Counted from the first letter of the stretch, positions 35,301 through 48,199 are shown. The stretch is DNA of 64,000 bases from Vicugna vicugna (GCA_013265495.1 MU062119.1:3322388-3386387); one strand, 5' to 3'. A program made the numbers and translations. The notes: generated by a model from the letters alone, not told the origin.

Positions 35301-36321
35301 TTTTTTAAAACTGAAGTATAGTTGATTTACAATGTTTGTTAGTTTCTGGTGTGCAGCATAGAGAGTTAGTTATACCTACACATATATTCCTTTTCATATT
35401 CTTTCTCATCATAAGTTATGACAAGGTGTGGAACACAGTTCCCTGTGCTGTACAGTAGGACCTTGCTGTTTATCTATTTTATATATAGTAGTTAGTACCT
35501 GCAAATCTTGAAGTCTCAACTTATCCCTTCCCACCCCCTTTCCCCCTGGTAACCATACGATTCTTTTCTTTGTCTGTGAGTCTGTATCTGTTTTGTAAGT
35601 AGGTTCATTAGTGTCATTTTTTAGATTCCACATATGAGTGATATCATATGGTATTTTTCTTTCTCTTTCTGGCTTACATCACTTAGAATGACAATCTCCA
35701 GGTCCATCCATGTTGCTGCAAATGGCGTTGTTTTGTTATTTTTTATGGCTGAGTAGTATTCCGTGGTATAAATATACCACAGCTTCTTCATCCAGTCATC
35801 TGTCAATGGACATTTAGGCTGTTTCCACGTCTTGGCTATTGTATATAGTGCTGCTCTGAACATTAGGATGTATGAATCTTTTCAAATTAGAGTTTTCTCT
35901 GGATATATACCCAGGAGTGGGATTGTTGGATCATATGGTGTCTGTTTTTAGTTTTTTAAGGAATCTTCACACTGTTTTTCATAGTGCTTGCACCAAATTA
36001 CATTCCCACCAACGATGTAGGAGGGCTCCCTTTTCTCCACACCCTCTCCAGCATTTATCCTTTGTGGACTTTTTAACGATGGCCATTCTGACTGGTGTGA
36101 GGCAGTTTTGATTATTTGCATTCTCTGATAATTAGCAACGTTGAGCATCTTTCCATGTGCCTATTGACCATCTGTATCTGGAGAAATGTCTGTTTGGGTC
36201 TTCTGCCTATGTTTTGATTGGGTTGTTCGTTTTTTTGTTACTGAGTTACATGGGCTGACTGTATATTCTGGAAATTAAGCCCTAGTCAGTCACATTGTTT
36301 GCAAATATTTTCTCCCATTCC
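35301..36321 (-). mobile_element. 5'-truncated LINE-1, cetartiodactyl-type, relatively young (about 1.0 kb)
   Basis: ORF 35621-35863 AALYTIAKTWKQPKCP...WMKKLWYIYTTEYYSAIK...WMDLE...KYHMISLICGI is the L1 ORF2p C-terminus; 3' UTR TGAAGTATAGTTGATTTACAATG; frameshifted and non-functional. Confidence 0.97.
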
Positions 36322-36514
36322 TAGTAAAAAAATTTTGATTTTGAAGGCCACGTATTACAATCTCTGTCACAACTGCTCAGCCCTGCCAACGTGGCACAAA
36401 AGCTGCCACAGGCAATATGTAAATGAATGATTGTGACTGTTTTCCAATGAAACTTCACTTACAAAATCAGGCAGCAGCAGGTTGTGGCTTCCAGAACATT
36501 GTTTCCTGACCCTG
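36322..36514. mobile_element. MER58 right part
   Basis: CTCTGTCACAACTGCTCAGCCCTGCC...AAAAGCTGCCACAGGCAATATGTAAATGAATG...TTCCAATGAAACTT...CCTGACCCTG. Confidence 0.85.
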
Positions 36515-37904
36515 GTTCTACAATAAAGAACATGGTTATCCAGTTCTGAAACAATAAAATAGGATTGAATGGTTAGCAGCTAATTTAAGATCCTCTAGAA
36601 GCCTGGGAAAATATAAATGATGAAATATTAACATAAAAAGGCAGAGAACTCATGTTCAATTGCACTCATAAAAACTATGTGTTCAGATGGAAAACAGCAG
36701 AAAGGAGGCGTGCGAATGAAAGGGAGTGATGACAGCGAGGGGGACCAGGTGACAGAGAGCCGTGTCACTCAGGGTTCGCTCTGGACACGCTCTGTAGTCC
36801 AGCCGCCATCCCTAGACGCCGGGGGACAGAGGGTGCTGGGGCGCTGTTTGCCCTGGCCCCATCGTGGACTGCACCCCGACAGGAAATGTTCTTCCTTTGG
36901 CTGCCTGTGGATTTATTTGAAGGTGTCGCCTCACAAATGGTGGAACGGCTGCTCTGCAGGGTTCCTGACCCAGAAACTTCCAAGCAGGTGGGAGGAAGGC
37001 AGGTCAGCAGGCGGCAGCCTGGTGTGTTCGAATGACGAGTCTGGTCCTCACCCTCCAGCAACCGCCACCCTTGAGAAACCTTAACAGGTCTGAGAACAAC
37101 CTTCCCACTGACCAAGAGGAAGGGCGGGGCGGTCTGTCCACCTGTGCCCTCCTGGGACAGACTGGCCCAAATTAAAGAGGGAGGGAGCTGCCCGTGATCC
37201 ACGTCAGCCTGACCGAAGGATGGCGGCTCCACTGAGCACGGAGACCGGCGGCCCTCGCCTCCACGCCGCCGGCCACTCCTGCCACGGGGCGTCTGTCTTG
37301 TGGACTTGAGGATGCTGCCAGACGGGCCTGTCTGACCTGTCGGTAAAGCACACTGGGGGCCAGACTGGTCTCGCCGGGATCTCCAGACAGGTTCAGATTA
37401 ATGTCCTCGAGCATGCACAAGGAGCTGTGGTGAAAAACTCCAGGTGTCCGCCTGCAGATGTTTCACGTGCGATTTGGGAGTTTGGGGACGCTTGGAATAG
37501 CATTTGCCCGTAGAACTGCCTGAAATGCAGGCCACATGTCCGTAAAAAGCAACAAATTGCTGTTAGTCCACGTTCTCGAGCGTCCACATCGGGCGTGGGT
37601 CCGGCCAGGTGCCGGTCGTGTTGGGGGTGACCTCAGGGGTGCTTCCTGGGCACCTCGGGATCTGGTCTGGGCGGAAGCCCACGGTCAGCAGTCTGCCCCT
37701 CGGCCCGACCTCCGACCAGGACGCGTGGGGAACGCCCCGGCGGGCCTCCCGTGAACACTTTCCTTGAGGTGAATTCCTGCAAACCTGGATGGAAGTCCAA
37801 GCCTGCTCATAAATTTGCCAAAGTACAGAACAAAGGAGCTTCAGGGAAGACACAGTTACCCCCAGGAGCCCCCCAGGAGCCGCCGTGGTCCGTTGCTTGT
37901 TCCC

Positions 37905-38175
37905 CTGTTTACGGAAAACGCTCAGCGTAGAGGTCACCGTCTACACCGTGTTGGAGCGTGCAGTTCAGCAGCATCTGGCACATCCACAGCGCTCTGGGAC
38001 CATCACCTCTACCTAGTTCCAGGACATCCTCATCACCACAGAAGGACACCTGTCCCCCAGCAGTCGCTCCCCATCGCTCTCCTCCAGCAGCCCCCATCTG
38101 CTTCCTGTCCGTGGATTCGCCTGTTCTGGAAGTTCCGCGTGAGTGGGCTCCCACACTGTGCAGCCTGCCATCCCC
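37905..38175 (-). mobile_element. L1MB-like 3' end, strongly GC-shifted
   Basis: ACCATCACCTCTACCTAGTTCCAGGACATCCTCATCACC...CTGTCCGTGGATTCGCCTGTTCTGGA. Confidence 0.85.
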
Positions 38176-41100
38176 AGCAAGCACAGAGGAAGAGGCCCAG
38201 ATGCACTGATCATGGGGAAGTGCAAATCACACCACAGCAAGGTACCACTCACACCCACCGGGGCGGCTGGAGAAAACACGGGAAGTGACAAGCGCTGGCG
38301 AGGACACGGAAAGACGGGCAGCCTGGTGCTCCGCTCGCGGGGCTGTGAAATGGAGGCGCCGCCGTAGAGAACGGTCACTGCTTTGGGACGATAACTTGCG
38401 ATTTAGGCCACAGGGTCAGTTCAGGGGGAAGGAGAGGGGCGGGGCGGGGTCCCCTGGGCTGTGTGCAAGCCCCAGGCCCCTCCTCTGGTGGCCATGTGAC
38501 CTTAAGCTTGACCTCCGTGAATCTTCATTCCTCATCCCTTGCCCCCCAGATTCTGTGAGGCCCAAGTGAACCCCACGCAGGCCTGCAAGGGCCTGGGCAG
38601 CGCCCCCCGAGGCCCCTCCCTCGAGTTCCTTCCAGGACTCTCCCGTGCTCACCCGCTCCGGCCTCCTGGCTGGCTCTCCGTTGCTCAGATGGACACACTG
38701 CACCCCCGGGCCTTTGCAGCCGCTGTACACTTTTATTCAGACATCACCTCTTCAGTGCTGCCTACCCTGCCCCCTGCTCTCAAGTGCAGCCCCCACCTCC
38801 GGCCCCTGGGCTCTCCCCACCACACTCAGAATCACAGCTCTCTTCAATTCTTCGGGGCCATGATGCTGCTGCCGTCCTGGTGGGGTGTGAGTCCCGCAAG
38901 CTGGGGTCTGTGGCAGTGGCTTGCCGCTGTGTCCTGGCACTGAGAGGTGCTCAGAAGGACACTCTCAAGCAAGTCAGGCTTCCTCAAGCACCGGAGGTCA
39001 GGATGGTTTGCCAGGACACCCGTCCCCGTCCCCCCACGGCCCAGCACACCATGCTGGTGGGAGGGCAGGCCGAGGGCGACGGGGAGCCTGTGGCACAGGT
39101 GAGGTCCTGTGGCAGGTAGCACGGACCCCCAGCTCCGGGCGATCTGCAAGAACACCTGGGTGGAGCTGGACCCTGGAAGGGGCAGGACCCAGGTCCCCGG
39201 AGGATGCAGGAGTCCTCGCCCTCTCACCGGCCATCTCCGCGTGCCATCCATCTCCTCTGCTCCTGGGGACACATGTCCATGAGAATGTACATACATGTCT
39301 AGCAACCTAAAGCTGGACTCCTCCTCTCTCAGCCCCAGTTCCAAGTTCTCAGGAAGGGGATTCTGATGTCTGCCTCAGTTTGAGTCAGGCTGCTCCCTTG
39401 AACCCGTCGCCCGTGGCTGGGGTCATGTGTGTGTTGTGGGGGAGTGGGGTTGGCATGCTGTATAAATGGCTCCAGACTCGGAGTGGGGGCCCTGGGGGTG
39501 CCAGGGCAGTTACAGGAGCAGCTGTCAGTGAGGAAAGCTCACCCTCAGGTCCCTAGTCTCTCCTTCCTGTGTCTGCTCTCATCCGATGCTACAGAAGTCC
39601 CCGGCCTGTGCCCGGGGCCTGGAGACCCATCCGTGGACAGAATACCTGCAAATTCCTACCTTCCATAAACCTACAACCTAGTAGAGGGAGTGCTCCACAC
39701 CCAGTAAACAAGCCTGCTCATTACTGTTGTGGGGGCAAGGGCTCTACCGAGAACCCAGCCAGGTGGGGAGACACTGGTGGGAGCAGCAGGCAATGTGATT
39801 GTAGCTCGAGTGGACAGGGGCCCGCTCTGAGCCGGGACACTGGGGCAGAGACCTGCGTGCACGGGATGAGCCGGCTGCCCTCTGAGCAGGCAGCCCAGCG
39901 TATGCAAAAGCCCTGTGGCAGGCAGATCTTGTGTGTCTGAGGACAGGGAGGAGGCCAGTGGGACTGGAGTGGGGACAGAGGAGCGAGTGGCACTGGGTTG
40001 TTGGTAGATTTCCAAACTTTTCACGGGTGTGTCCACACTCTGTTGCTGCAGTGAGCCCTCTTGTCTCTTGAGGACAATGTGCTTAGGGGCCTCGATGTCG
40101 CCACATGGAGGGTGGTGCTCAGAGCCCCTCCCAGCCTGACCGTGGGCACCTGGGGTCACCCTGGGGGCTGGCACCTCATGGGAGCTATGCAGCCACTCCG
40201 TGCACCCTTCCCTTGCCTTTGGGTCACCCTGAGGGTGCCATTCACGAAGGCGAGCAGCTGCAGGGAGATTTAAGGTCATGGTCGCATGCCCGTCAGCAGT
40301 GGCGACTCCAGGGCTTGTTCTTCGCGGAAAGCTGCTGTGACAGTCACGGCTCAGGGTCAGGAGCTGCGGCCAGCGTCCCACCCGTGGCTTGCAGCCTGTC
40401 TCCACTGCTGGGGGCTCCGGGATGAAAAGGAGGGCATTCCTGGTGGTGGTCCGTGTGCTCGAAGGAAGGGTGGTGGCAGCCACACGGTGGACGGGCCCCC
40501 TCGCCCGCCAGCCCCTCGGCTGCGTCCCGAGTAGGAGGCAGGCATCCTTGACAGGAAAACCTGAAAGATGGGTCCCCACGGGACCATCCTGACAGTCTGC
40601 TGGGGGCCTCTGACCCCCCGAAAAGGCCACAGCCCTGATGAGGGCCTCACCCGTGGGTCCCGGGGGCCCCGTCAGTCAGAGCAGAGGCCGGGGCGCTGGG
40701 GCAGGTCAGGCCGGCTTTAAAGAAAGCCCCGTATTGTTTTTAGAGAGCAGCCTGTTTGCATCCCGCGCTTCCCCCGGTAGGCTGCGCGGCCACCCGGTCA
40801 ATCTAGCGCTTGCTGGGCGCCGGGAGACGGTTGTGAGGAACAGCCCTCCTGGGGGCAGGCAGTCTGGGGTGGGGCCCGGGGGAGCGGGGGGGGGGGCGCA
40901 GGGGCACATTTTCAGCCCGTATTTGGAGATGTGGTGGGCTTCAAGTCCTCCTCGTGCTCTCATTTGTCAGGACTTAATGAGAAACCCCAAAAGGATTTAG
41001 AAGTTTCCCTTTCCCAAGGACAGGAAATAAATGGGAAGGTTCTAGGGAATTAGGGGAAAACCCGTTGCAGGGAGAGACAGTAGCCTTTGCTGTCTGCATG

Positions 41101-42109
41101 TGTGTGAGTGTGTGTGGAGGGGCCTCACCTTCAGGGTTTGCTTGCCGGCCTGAGGCCACGCTGCCTCTTTGAGAAGGTTAGTGTTTTGGAGACGTTCGGA
41201 GCCTCACTCGTGACGACGATCCGCTCTTTGAAGTTCTCGGCTTTGGATAAACATTTTGTCATCTGGACGGGAGAATAAGCAAAGTGTTTCAAGCAAGTGT
41301 AAATGCCGATTACACAGTGAGACGCAAGGAATAAACAGATCCTCGTGCACCGAGGTACTCTGATTTGGTTCTTCCATTGGACACGCGGGTCTGTGGGGGC
41401 TGGAGAAACGCTGGGAGGCTGAAGTGGGCCGGGGCCGGGCCTCAGTGAGGCCTTGCTTCTCCGTCCTTCAGAGCGTCTTGGAAACAGAACGTACCTGTTG
41501 GGAACAGGAGGGCTTTGTGTCCGCCCGCACGTGGCCGTTCATTCGTTCAGCGACGTAGAGAGAGGCCACGTGCCGTCGCAGCTGGGAGCTGGGGTGGTCC
41601 TGGAGCAGCAGGTTCTGTGGGTCTGACCTCCGCCTTCTCCCCAGCCTGACGTGCTCTCTGTGGGGTGGGGGTCCCCAGCCCTGCCCGGCCTGGCCGTGGA
41701 GGAGGGGCCACCCTGGGGACGTGGGACACCAGATTCTAGTGTGTGAACTGGGGAAACGTCCTGGCTTCAAGCCAGGTGGGGCTGGATTCAGAAGCTTGGC
41801 TAAAAACTCAGATTAGTATCATTCAGTGGAGTTACCACTTGAGCAGGAAGTGACGTTGGCCTGTAAGCCCCGACCGAGAACAGCTACATCACCGTAGACG
41901 CTGCGGCTTCCGCGCTGAGGCTGCCGGCCTGCAGGCGGGGGTGACTCCCACTCGCCTTTGCTGCTGCCGGATGCCCTCGCTGGTGGGCTGCTCGGTCTCC
42001 AGGTGCACAGGACGCTGCCACCCACTGCAGCGGTGGTCCAGCGGGCTTCTGGACCTGGGGGCAGGCGGTCTGTGAAAATGCTCTGGTTTGGACGTGCGAA
42101 GTCCTGCTG

Positions 42110-42630
42110 CTGGGAAATAGGCTCCAGTGTTAAAACCAGCCCTTGCGTTCGCTGCTGGATGTCCTCGGGCTTCACGAGGACCACGCCTGCTGGTGGGTTA
42201 AGGTGGAGGAAGGGCGAGCAGGGCACAGGTGGGAGGCTGATGCGTCGTTCCAGGCAGATCCAGGCCAGCGGTGACAGTGGCCTGGGCTAAGGATCGGCGT
42301 GGATTTGCAGGTGGAGGAAGTGGGACCCTCCCCGCCCACCACCCCATGCAAGGCTGCGCAAGTGATGGACAGGTAGACGGGATGGATTCTAGGGGACATG
42401 GCTGGTGGGAGGTCAGGGGAGAGGACTGAGCTCGGGTTTGGAAACGGTCAGCTCGGGGAGGCTCGGTGGAATGCTGGGAGTCAGTGAGAGGCGTGATCCA
42501 GTGGTGGCAGAGGACGAGGGCCTGCCCAGGCCCTGGAGAACCCTGCTGCTTCAGGGTCCAGCGTGGAAATGGCAGCCCCGGAGGGAAGCTGGAGGGGTGG
42601 GAGGAACCAGGGGAGCATGGGTGACGAGCA
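42110..42630 (-). mobile_element. L2 internal fragment
   Basis: GGGAGGCTGATGCG...TCCAGGCCAGCGGTGACAGTGGCCTGGGCTAAGG and GGAGGTCAGGGGAGAGG...GGAGGAACCAGGGGAGCATGG. Confidence 0.65.
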
Positions 42631-44184
42631 GGACCACCTTGCTCCGAGACTGTCTGTGGGTCACAGGGTCTGCTCTCTTCCTAGATGGGAGCCCTGTGGG
42701 GACACGTGGGTTCAACTTGTCCACCATCACATCCCCAGAACAGAAGAACAAGTGACGGGTGGCAGCAGGCATTTGCTGGGCGAACGTCAGTGGGGCTGAT
42801 ACACTAACAAGGCAGTAACGTCCTCCAAGGCCCTGCACACCGGGGGCTCAGCCGCCCCACCACATGCGTCTCAGTGGAAGCAAAGAAGGAAGGAAGTTCA
42901 GGGCTTTGCGAGGTGGTCACAGCGTCCATCCATCTCCTGCAGACATGGTTCCCCAGGACCCTCTGCTGCAGGGGGCCCCCACCTCTGCTTTGCACACCCT
43001 TCCCTCTTTTTTGAAAACTGCTTTTATCTCATCAGCAAAGAGACACAGTTGGCACTCCTGTGTCAATGCAGACCGAGCCTGCCCTTAGACCCCATCTCAA
43101 CTCTGGAGTCACAAACCAGACAAAATCAAAAAAGCAAAATGTGTCTGGCCCGATAGCTGACTTCATGTGCAGTGGAAAAAGCCAAAAATAAACACTGTGA
43201 GTTGATGACATCCGTACCATCCGTGGGCACGGTGCCGATGGGGCGCCAGTGAGGGAGGGGTCTGGGCCCGCCCTGCACACGGGCACCGGTGGGTCTGCAG
43301 CGGCCAGGGGCCGCTTCCACCAGAAGGCGCGGCTCTCTGCTGTGGCAACTGCCCTCCCGGGCACTGTGGACCTCGGTGCCTGTCACCCAAGCCCCCGAGT
43401 TCCCGGAGGACACCCGCCACGCACTTCTGCCTGCTTGTCTGAGCACCAGCCCACGGGGAAGGCTGCATCTTCTGATGTCCTTTTTCTCTCGTTTGTTTCC
43501 CCTGGGTACTAAGTCTCACTCAGATGCTCTGCGGGGTGAGTTTTGAAACTGGTTTTGGTCTGGACGATAAGGAGTCACTGGGACACTGATGGGATGGGGT
43601 CACCTGGTGACTGGAGAAGGTTTTGTCCTAATTTCAAGGACGAGAGGGAGCACCAGAGAGCCGGGAGCCCTTCCCTCCTGCACGCGCGGCGCCGGCTCCC
43701 GCCGGCGGGCACCTCCTCCCCACCTGCTCTGTGACCAGCTCGCCTACCCACCGAGTCTTTGATTACTCCTTTGCTTGATATTTTCTTGGAATCAGTTTCG
43801 AATTGACACCCTCCTCTTTATCTGTTTTCTCAACTTCCTCCTAAACAATGCCATTATTTGTGCTACTTACGTAATTTTCTTCTTCAAATACATTATTATA
43901 AGTACAGACCAGGTAATGCGTTTCAAACACGTCACCCACGCACCACAGAAAGTTCCTCAAGGACCACCGGCGACATACACCCACTGGGAGCCGCTGCCCA
44001 AGGCAGCAGAGGGCCAGGAGGGCAGGGGCAGCGCAGGCTTTGAGGAGGCTGGTCCTGTTCACCCGCAGGCGGAGCATCCCTGGACGCACCTTCGGAACTT
44101 TGTCTGGAGTACGCACTGCCCTAAAGCGTGCTGAGCATTTTACCAACACACAACACACACACAGAAGAGAACCGGAACCACCCA

Positions 44185-44320
44185 CCCGTGTCCCCACCCC
44201 GACGTGTGTCTGTAAGTGTGAGGCAGGGGTCTTGCTCCCTGCTGTGCCCTCAGCTCCTAGGACACTGCCTGGCACATAGCAGGTCCTCGGTACATGTCAA
44301 TGGAATGAGTGTGTGAATGG
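44185..44320 (+). mobile_element. L2 3' end
   Basis: TGTAAGTGTGAGGCAGGGG...CTAGGACACTGCCTGGCACATAGCAGGTCCTC...GAATGAGTG. Confidence 0.85.
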
Positions 44321-44449
44321 GTAAAAGGAGCAAGTGATTCCTCCCTCCCATCTCCAGGCCACGCTGGGGCTCAGGTGACCCCTTAGTGTGCAGTGTGGCT
44401 GTGTCACCCCTACGCAGAGCACCTCGGCGACTCTCCCTGGTGTTCATGG

Positions 44450-44826
44450 TGCTGCAGAATTGTGTCCCTGCCCTCGTCCCGCCTCAGGGTCACCTGTCTG
44501 ATGAGCCCCTAAGCCCCAGTGTGCTGGTTTTGGAAGTGTAATTCCAAGGTGATTAGGTTTAGATGAGGGTATGAGGGTGGGGCCCTAGTGATGGGTTAGT
44601 GCCCTTGCAAGAGGAGGAAGAGAACACGGCTTTCCCTCTGCATTGTGTGAGGATGCAGGGAGAAGGTAGTCTGTTTACCTCTGTAAACCGGGAAGAGAGA
44701 CCTCACCAGCACCCAGATCTGCCAGCACCCTGATCTCGGATGCCAGCCTCCAGAGCCGTGAGAAATGCATCTGGGTTCAAGCCTGGGTCTGCGATTCTCT
44801 TCTGGCAGCTGAGCCCACTAGGACCA
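44450..44826 (+). mobile_element. ERVL-MaLR solo LTR, MLT1A/B-like
   Basis: GAATTGTGTCCC...GGTGATTAGGTTTAGATGAGGGTATGAGGGTGGGGCCCTAGTGATGGGTTAGTGCCCTT...CCAGCCTCCAGAGCCGTGAGAAAT. Confidence 0.9.
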
Positions 44827-46249
44827 CGATACGGTCCCAGCCCCCTGGGGTGATCTTCACAGTCCCAACTCCCTTCTGTAAGCTGCACCTGCACCCTCCC
44901 CTCCCCTCACGCCGGACAGTCTGCACATCCTGGGATGCACCGGGCTCCTCGTCAGCGCTTCCACGTGCTGCTCCCGCTGCCGACGCTCTTCCTCCACCTG
45001 CCACCTGGCCACCTCCTTCAAGGCTCAGGAGATGCCCTCCCTGATCACCCCTTCCATCCATTGCCCTTCCCCCGGGCCCAGAGCACCTTTGTATCAGCCA
45101 AAACCTCAGTGACGTCACACAACGAAGGTCTACTTCTCCCTTGAGTTCCATGTTCAAAGATGCTCACGGGGGCCACGTTCCCTGCCATCAGATAGGGGCC
45201 CAGGCCGATGGAGGCGCACTCTGGACACAGCCAGGAGAGAGAGCATCAAGACTCAGTCCTGCCCTTAAGTGCCTCTGACCTGTCACTGCTCACAGCCCAC
45301 TGCCAGGATGAATCACCTGGCCATAACCTACCTGGGAGGGGAAGGGGGACACATGAACTCCTCCTGTGTGCCCAGGAAAAGGAAATACAACAGAATGGTC
45401 TCTGCCATCACCCGTCGTGGAATGTTCCACACGGCATGTAACTGCCTATTTATTGTCGGCTCCTTCTGCACCCCGGACTGAAGGTCCCCTGGTCCCTGGA
45501 TTTCGGCTGTCCCCCCGGTTTCACTCTGGGCACCTAGCACTGTGCCTGAAGGACCACAAGGTTTGGGGAGAATCCACAGGGGGCACAAGCCCAGCTGGGC
45601 GGCCCGCCGGCCGCTGCTCCTGGCAGACACCTGTGCTCCCGGTGGCACCGGGAGTTCTGGGGAGCTCCGCGCTGTGTGCTGAGTGTGATGGGTCATTTCT
45701 TCACCCACCCCCTCCTGCTTCCAAGTCATCAGAGAGCGTCGGGGACGTTCAGAAAATCCTGAATGTGCTCCGTCTGTCTTGTCTGTTTTCCATTTTGTGT
45801 TTGTGCTGTTCTGTGATCCAATAAACAAGGTAAAAGTAACGAAGTAAACAGTGCGAGGTTTAAAGGGTTTTCGACAAATGAACGACACCTAACTGTTCTG
45901 TTTTGAGACTGAGAATCCTTAGTTTACACTGATGGCTGGAAAACACAGCATTTGGACGGCAGCCAGTTTTCCAGGGTGAATAAACACCTCAAAAGGGACA
46001 AATATTTTTCACAGACTGTCAGTGAAACGGACGCTCAAATATTTTAAAATAAAAACATAAAAAGGGAAGAAAGAAAGAAAAGAAAGGGCAGGGAGACCCC
46101 GCCGACCTTCAGTTTCCAAATGAGCTAAAAACAAGTTTTTACAGTTAATGTCTGCTGCTTCCAAAGAAACAAAACCTTTTGTTTTAACTCCTCTGTGCCA
46201 CTACTGCCAGAATGAGTTTTTCTAAAATGTCACTCTTGAGATCGAGCAA

Positions 46250-46396
46250 GAGACTTCACTGTTTAGGCCTCAGTTTCCCCATCTGTAACATGGACATAAT
46301 TATAATTCCTCATTCAGAGGGTAATTATGAGAACTAAAGAGGTTAATGTATGCAAAGCACTCAGACCAGGGCTGGCCCCTGTGAGTTCCATGTAAG
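46250..46396 (+). mobile_element. MIR SINE ending at gap
   Basis: GCCTCAGTTTCCCCATCTGTAACATGG...TTAATGTATGCAAAGCACTCAGACCAGGGCTGGC. Confidence 0.9.
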
Positions 46397-46567
46397 NNNN
46401 NNNNNNNNNNNNNNNNNNNNNNNNNNNNNNNNNNNNNNNNNNNNNNNNNNNNNNNNNNNNNNNNNNNNNNNNNNNNNNNNNNNNNNNNNNNNNNNNNNNN
46501 NNNNNNNNNNNNNNNNNNNNNNNNNNNNNNNNNNNNNNNNNNNNNNNNNNNNNNNNNNNNNNNNNNN
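46397..46567. other. Assembly gap (171 N)
   Basis: N-run seen directly. Confidence 1.
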
Positions 46568-48199
46568 CCATCATTATCACCATCAATAGGTACAAACCTC
46601 ATCCAATGGAGGCCATGAAAGTAGGTACCAGGGACCCATCCTCTGGTTCATAATGTTAGACTGTCCAGTGGGCGGTAACATTGACAATTGAGCACAGACC
46701 TGAAATGTGAATACATTGCTGCTTCCCTGGCTTTCGCCACCATGAGGCACAGGCATGGGTGTCCATGCAGTTCATACACCCACACACGTGACTCCCTTCT
46801 GCAGATTCTCGGTGCTACTTCTGCTCTGCCGTGACGATCGAGACATAAAGGTGGCCGTGTGGCTGGGTGGTTCTCACGGATCCGAGCAGTGGCGGATGCA
46901 GCTTCCTGCTCCGTGGCCAGGGTTGCAGAGGAGCAAACTCCCAAGTGCCAAAGGCGGTGACTCCTGGGAGCAGCTTCCGAGTGGGGCACCCGCAGGGCCC
47001 GGGTGGCCCCACACAGCCCTGGCTTGTGCCTGGCCCCCTGGTGTCGTTATTCATGGTGCCTCGATTTGGATAATGAAGCGTATGACCACTGTAATTCAGA
47101 GTAATTTCTATGTTCTTTTTAGCTCGTTTCTGTTTTCTAAGCTTTCACCCGGAAAGTTCTGTAGTAAAGGGAATAACAGTACAGGTGGCAGAGCACCTGC
47201 CCGGGGGCCACCTTCCCAGGGAGGGTTCTCTGCCCCGCCTGCACGAGCCCAGCTGGCTTCAACGGCGGCTAACCAGCCGGAAGCTGGACAGCACCCCCAC
47301 CTCGCTTTTGTGCAAGGGCGGCCCTGCTGGCGACTGCAGGCCGGGATCACTCCTAACGTAGAGGAACTACAGGGGCCTCCTCCAGGGACGCGCCCACTTG
47401 CGGGGGAGCGTGAGGCAGGGCTCACACAGCGGCACCTTGGCAGCGCCGTGGGCTTCCACCCAGAGGAATCTCTCCACGCAGGCGCGGCAAGAAATTAACC
47501 GGGGAACCTGCCCAGCGCTGACTGCACCTTTATCCCCGTTAGAGTTTTGATAAACTCCTGCCTGTCTCCATGGGGCCTTTTCCCCACCGCCTTTGCACCA
47601 CCTTCACACAGGCTGACCCCCAGTGGGAAGACTGGCCTTATTTCCATCCTCCTTCGAAAATTGACCCTGCTGCGGAGTGCTGCTTCCGGGCCGGGGGGGC
47701 GCCGTGACCAGAGGAAGATGGACGTCGGCCTCCGCGGTGGCCCGGGAGAGGATTGGCTCTGTCCCTGTGCAAAGACACAAGTGAGAAATATTTGTACTGG
47801 GTTGTTTTCCCTTCTTTGGACGCCAGGAAAACTTGCTAAGTTTAAGGGAAATGGAGAAAAATGTGTTATTTAGGTTTTTCATGGATAATTATGCTCAAAC
47901 CAACCAAAGCCCTGACAACTCACCTAGACCCACGCCTGTCCTGTGGCCACAGCCACCGCCACACCTGAAGCCCCGAGCACACTTTGGGGACACAGACTTC
48001 AGAGGAGCTGACCCACACGTGACACCCTGGGGTGCTCCGCTTCACCTGCGCCGTGGCTCCTACCTGGCTGCCCCCGGACATCACCTGGGTGCTGGCTGTT
48101 CCCTGGAATGCACTTCCCACCTCTTCCCTAAGGCCTGGCTTCCTCGGGACTTTGTAGGGACGCCGCCCCGATGGCCCCGTGCGGTGCTCTGTCTCCTCA

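Noticed and set aside
35621-36148. ORFs with real protein similarity (also 12678-12887 and 54683-54970)
   Set aside because: These are decayed LINE-1 ORF2p C-terminal fragments in truncated elements, not host genes.
38478-38500. CTCF-like motifs (here and near 47032)
   Set aside because: Only 10-11 of 12 core matches with mismatches at informative positions; common in GC-rich DNA.
39671-40630. Longest ORF (319 aa, minus strand)
   Set aside because: Pro/Ala/Arg/Gly-rich with no recognisable domain; overlapping ORFs in several frames, as expected for stop-poor GC-rich DNA.
46755-47498. 247-aa plus-strand ORF
   Set aside because: No recognisable homology or domain pattern; composition typical of translated GC-rich non-coding DNA.
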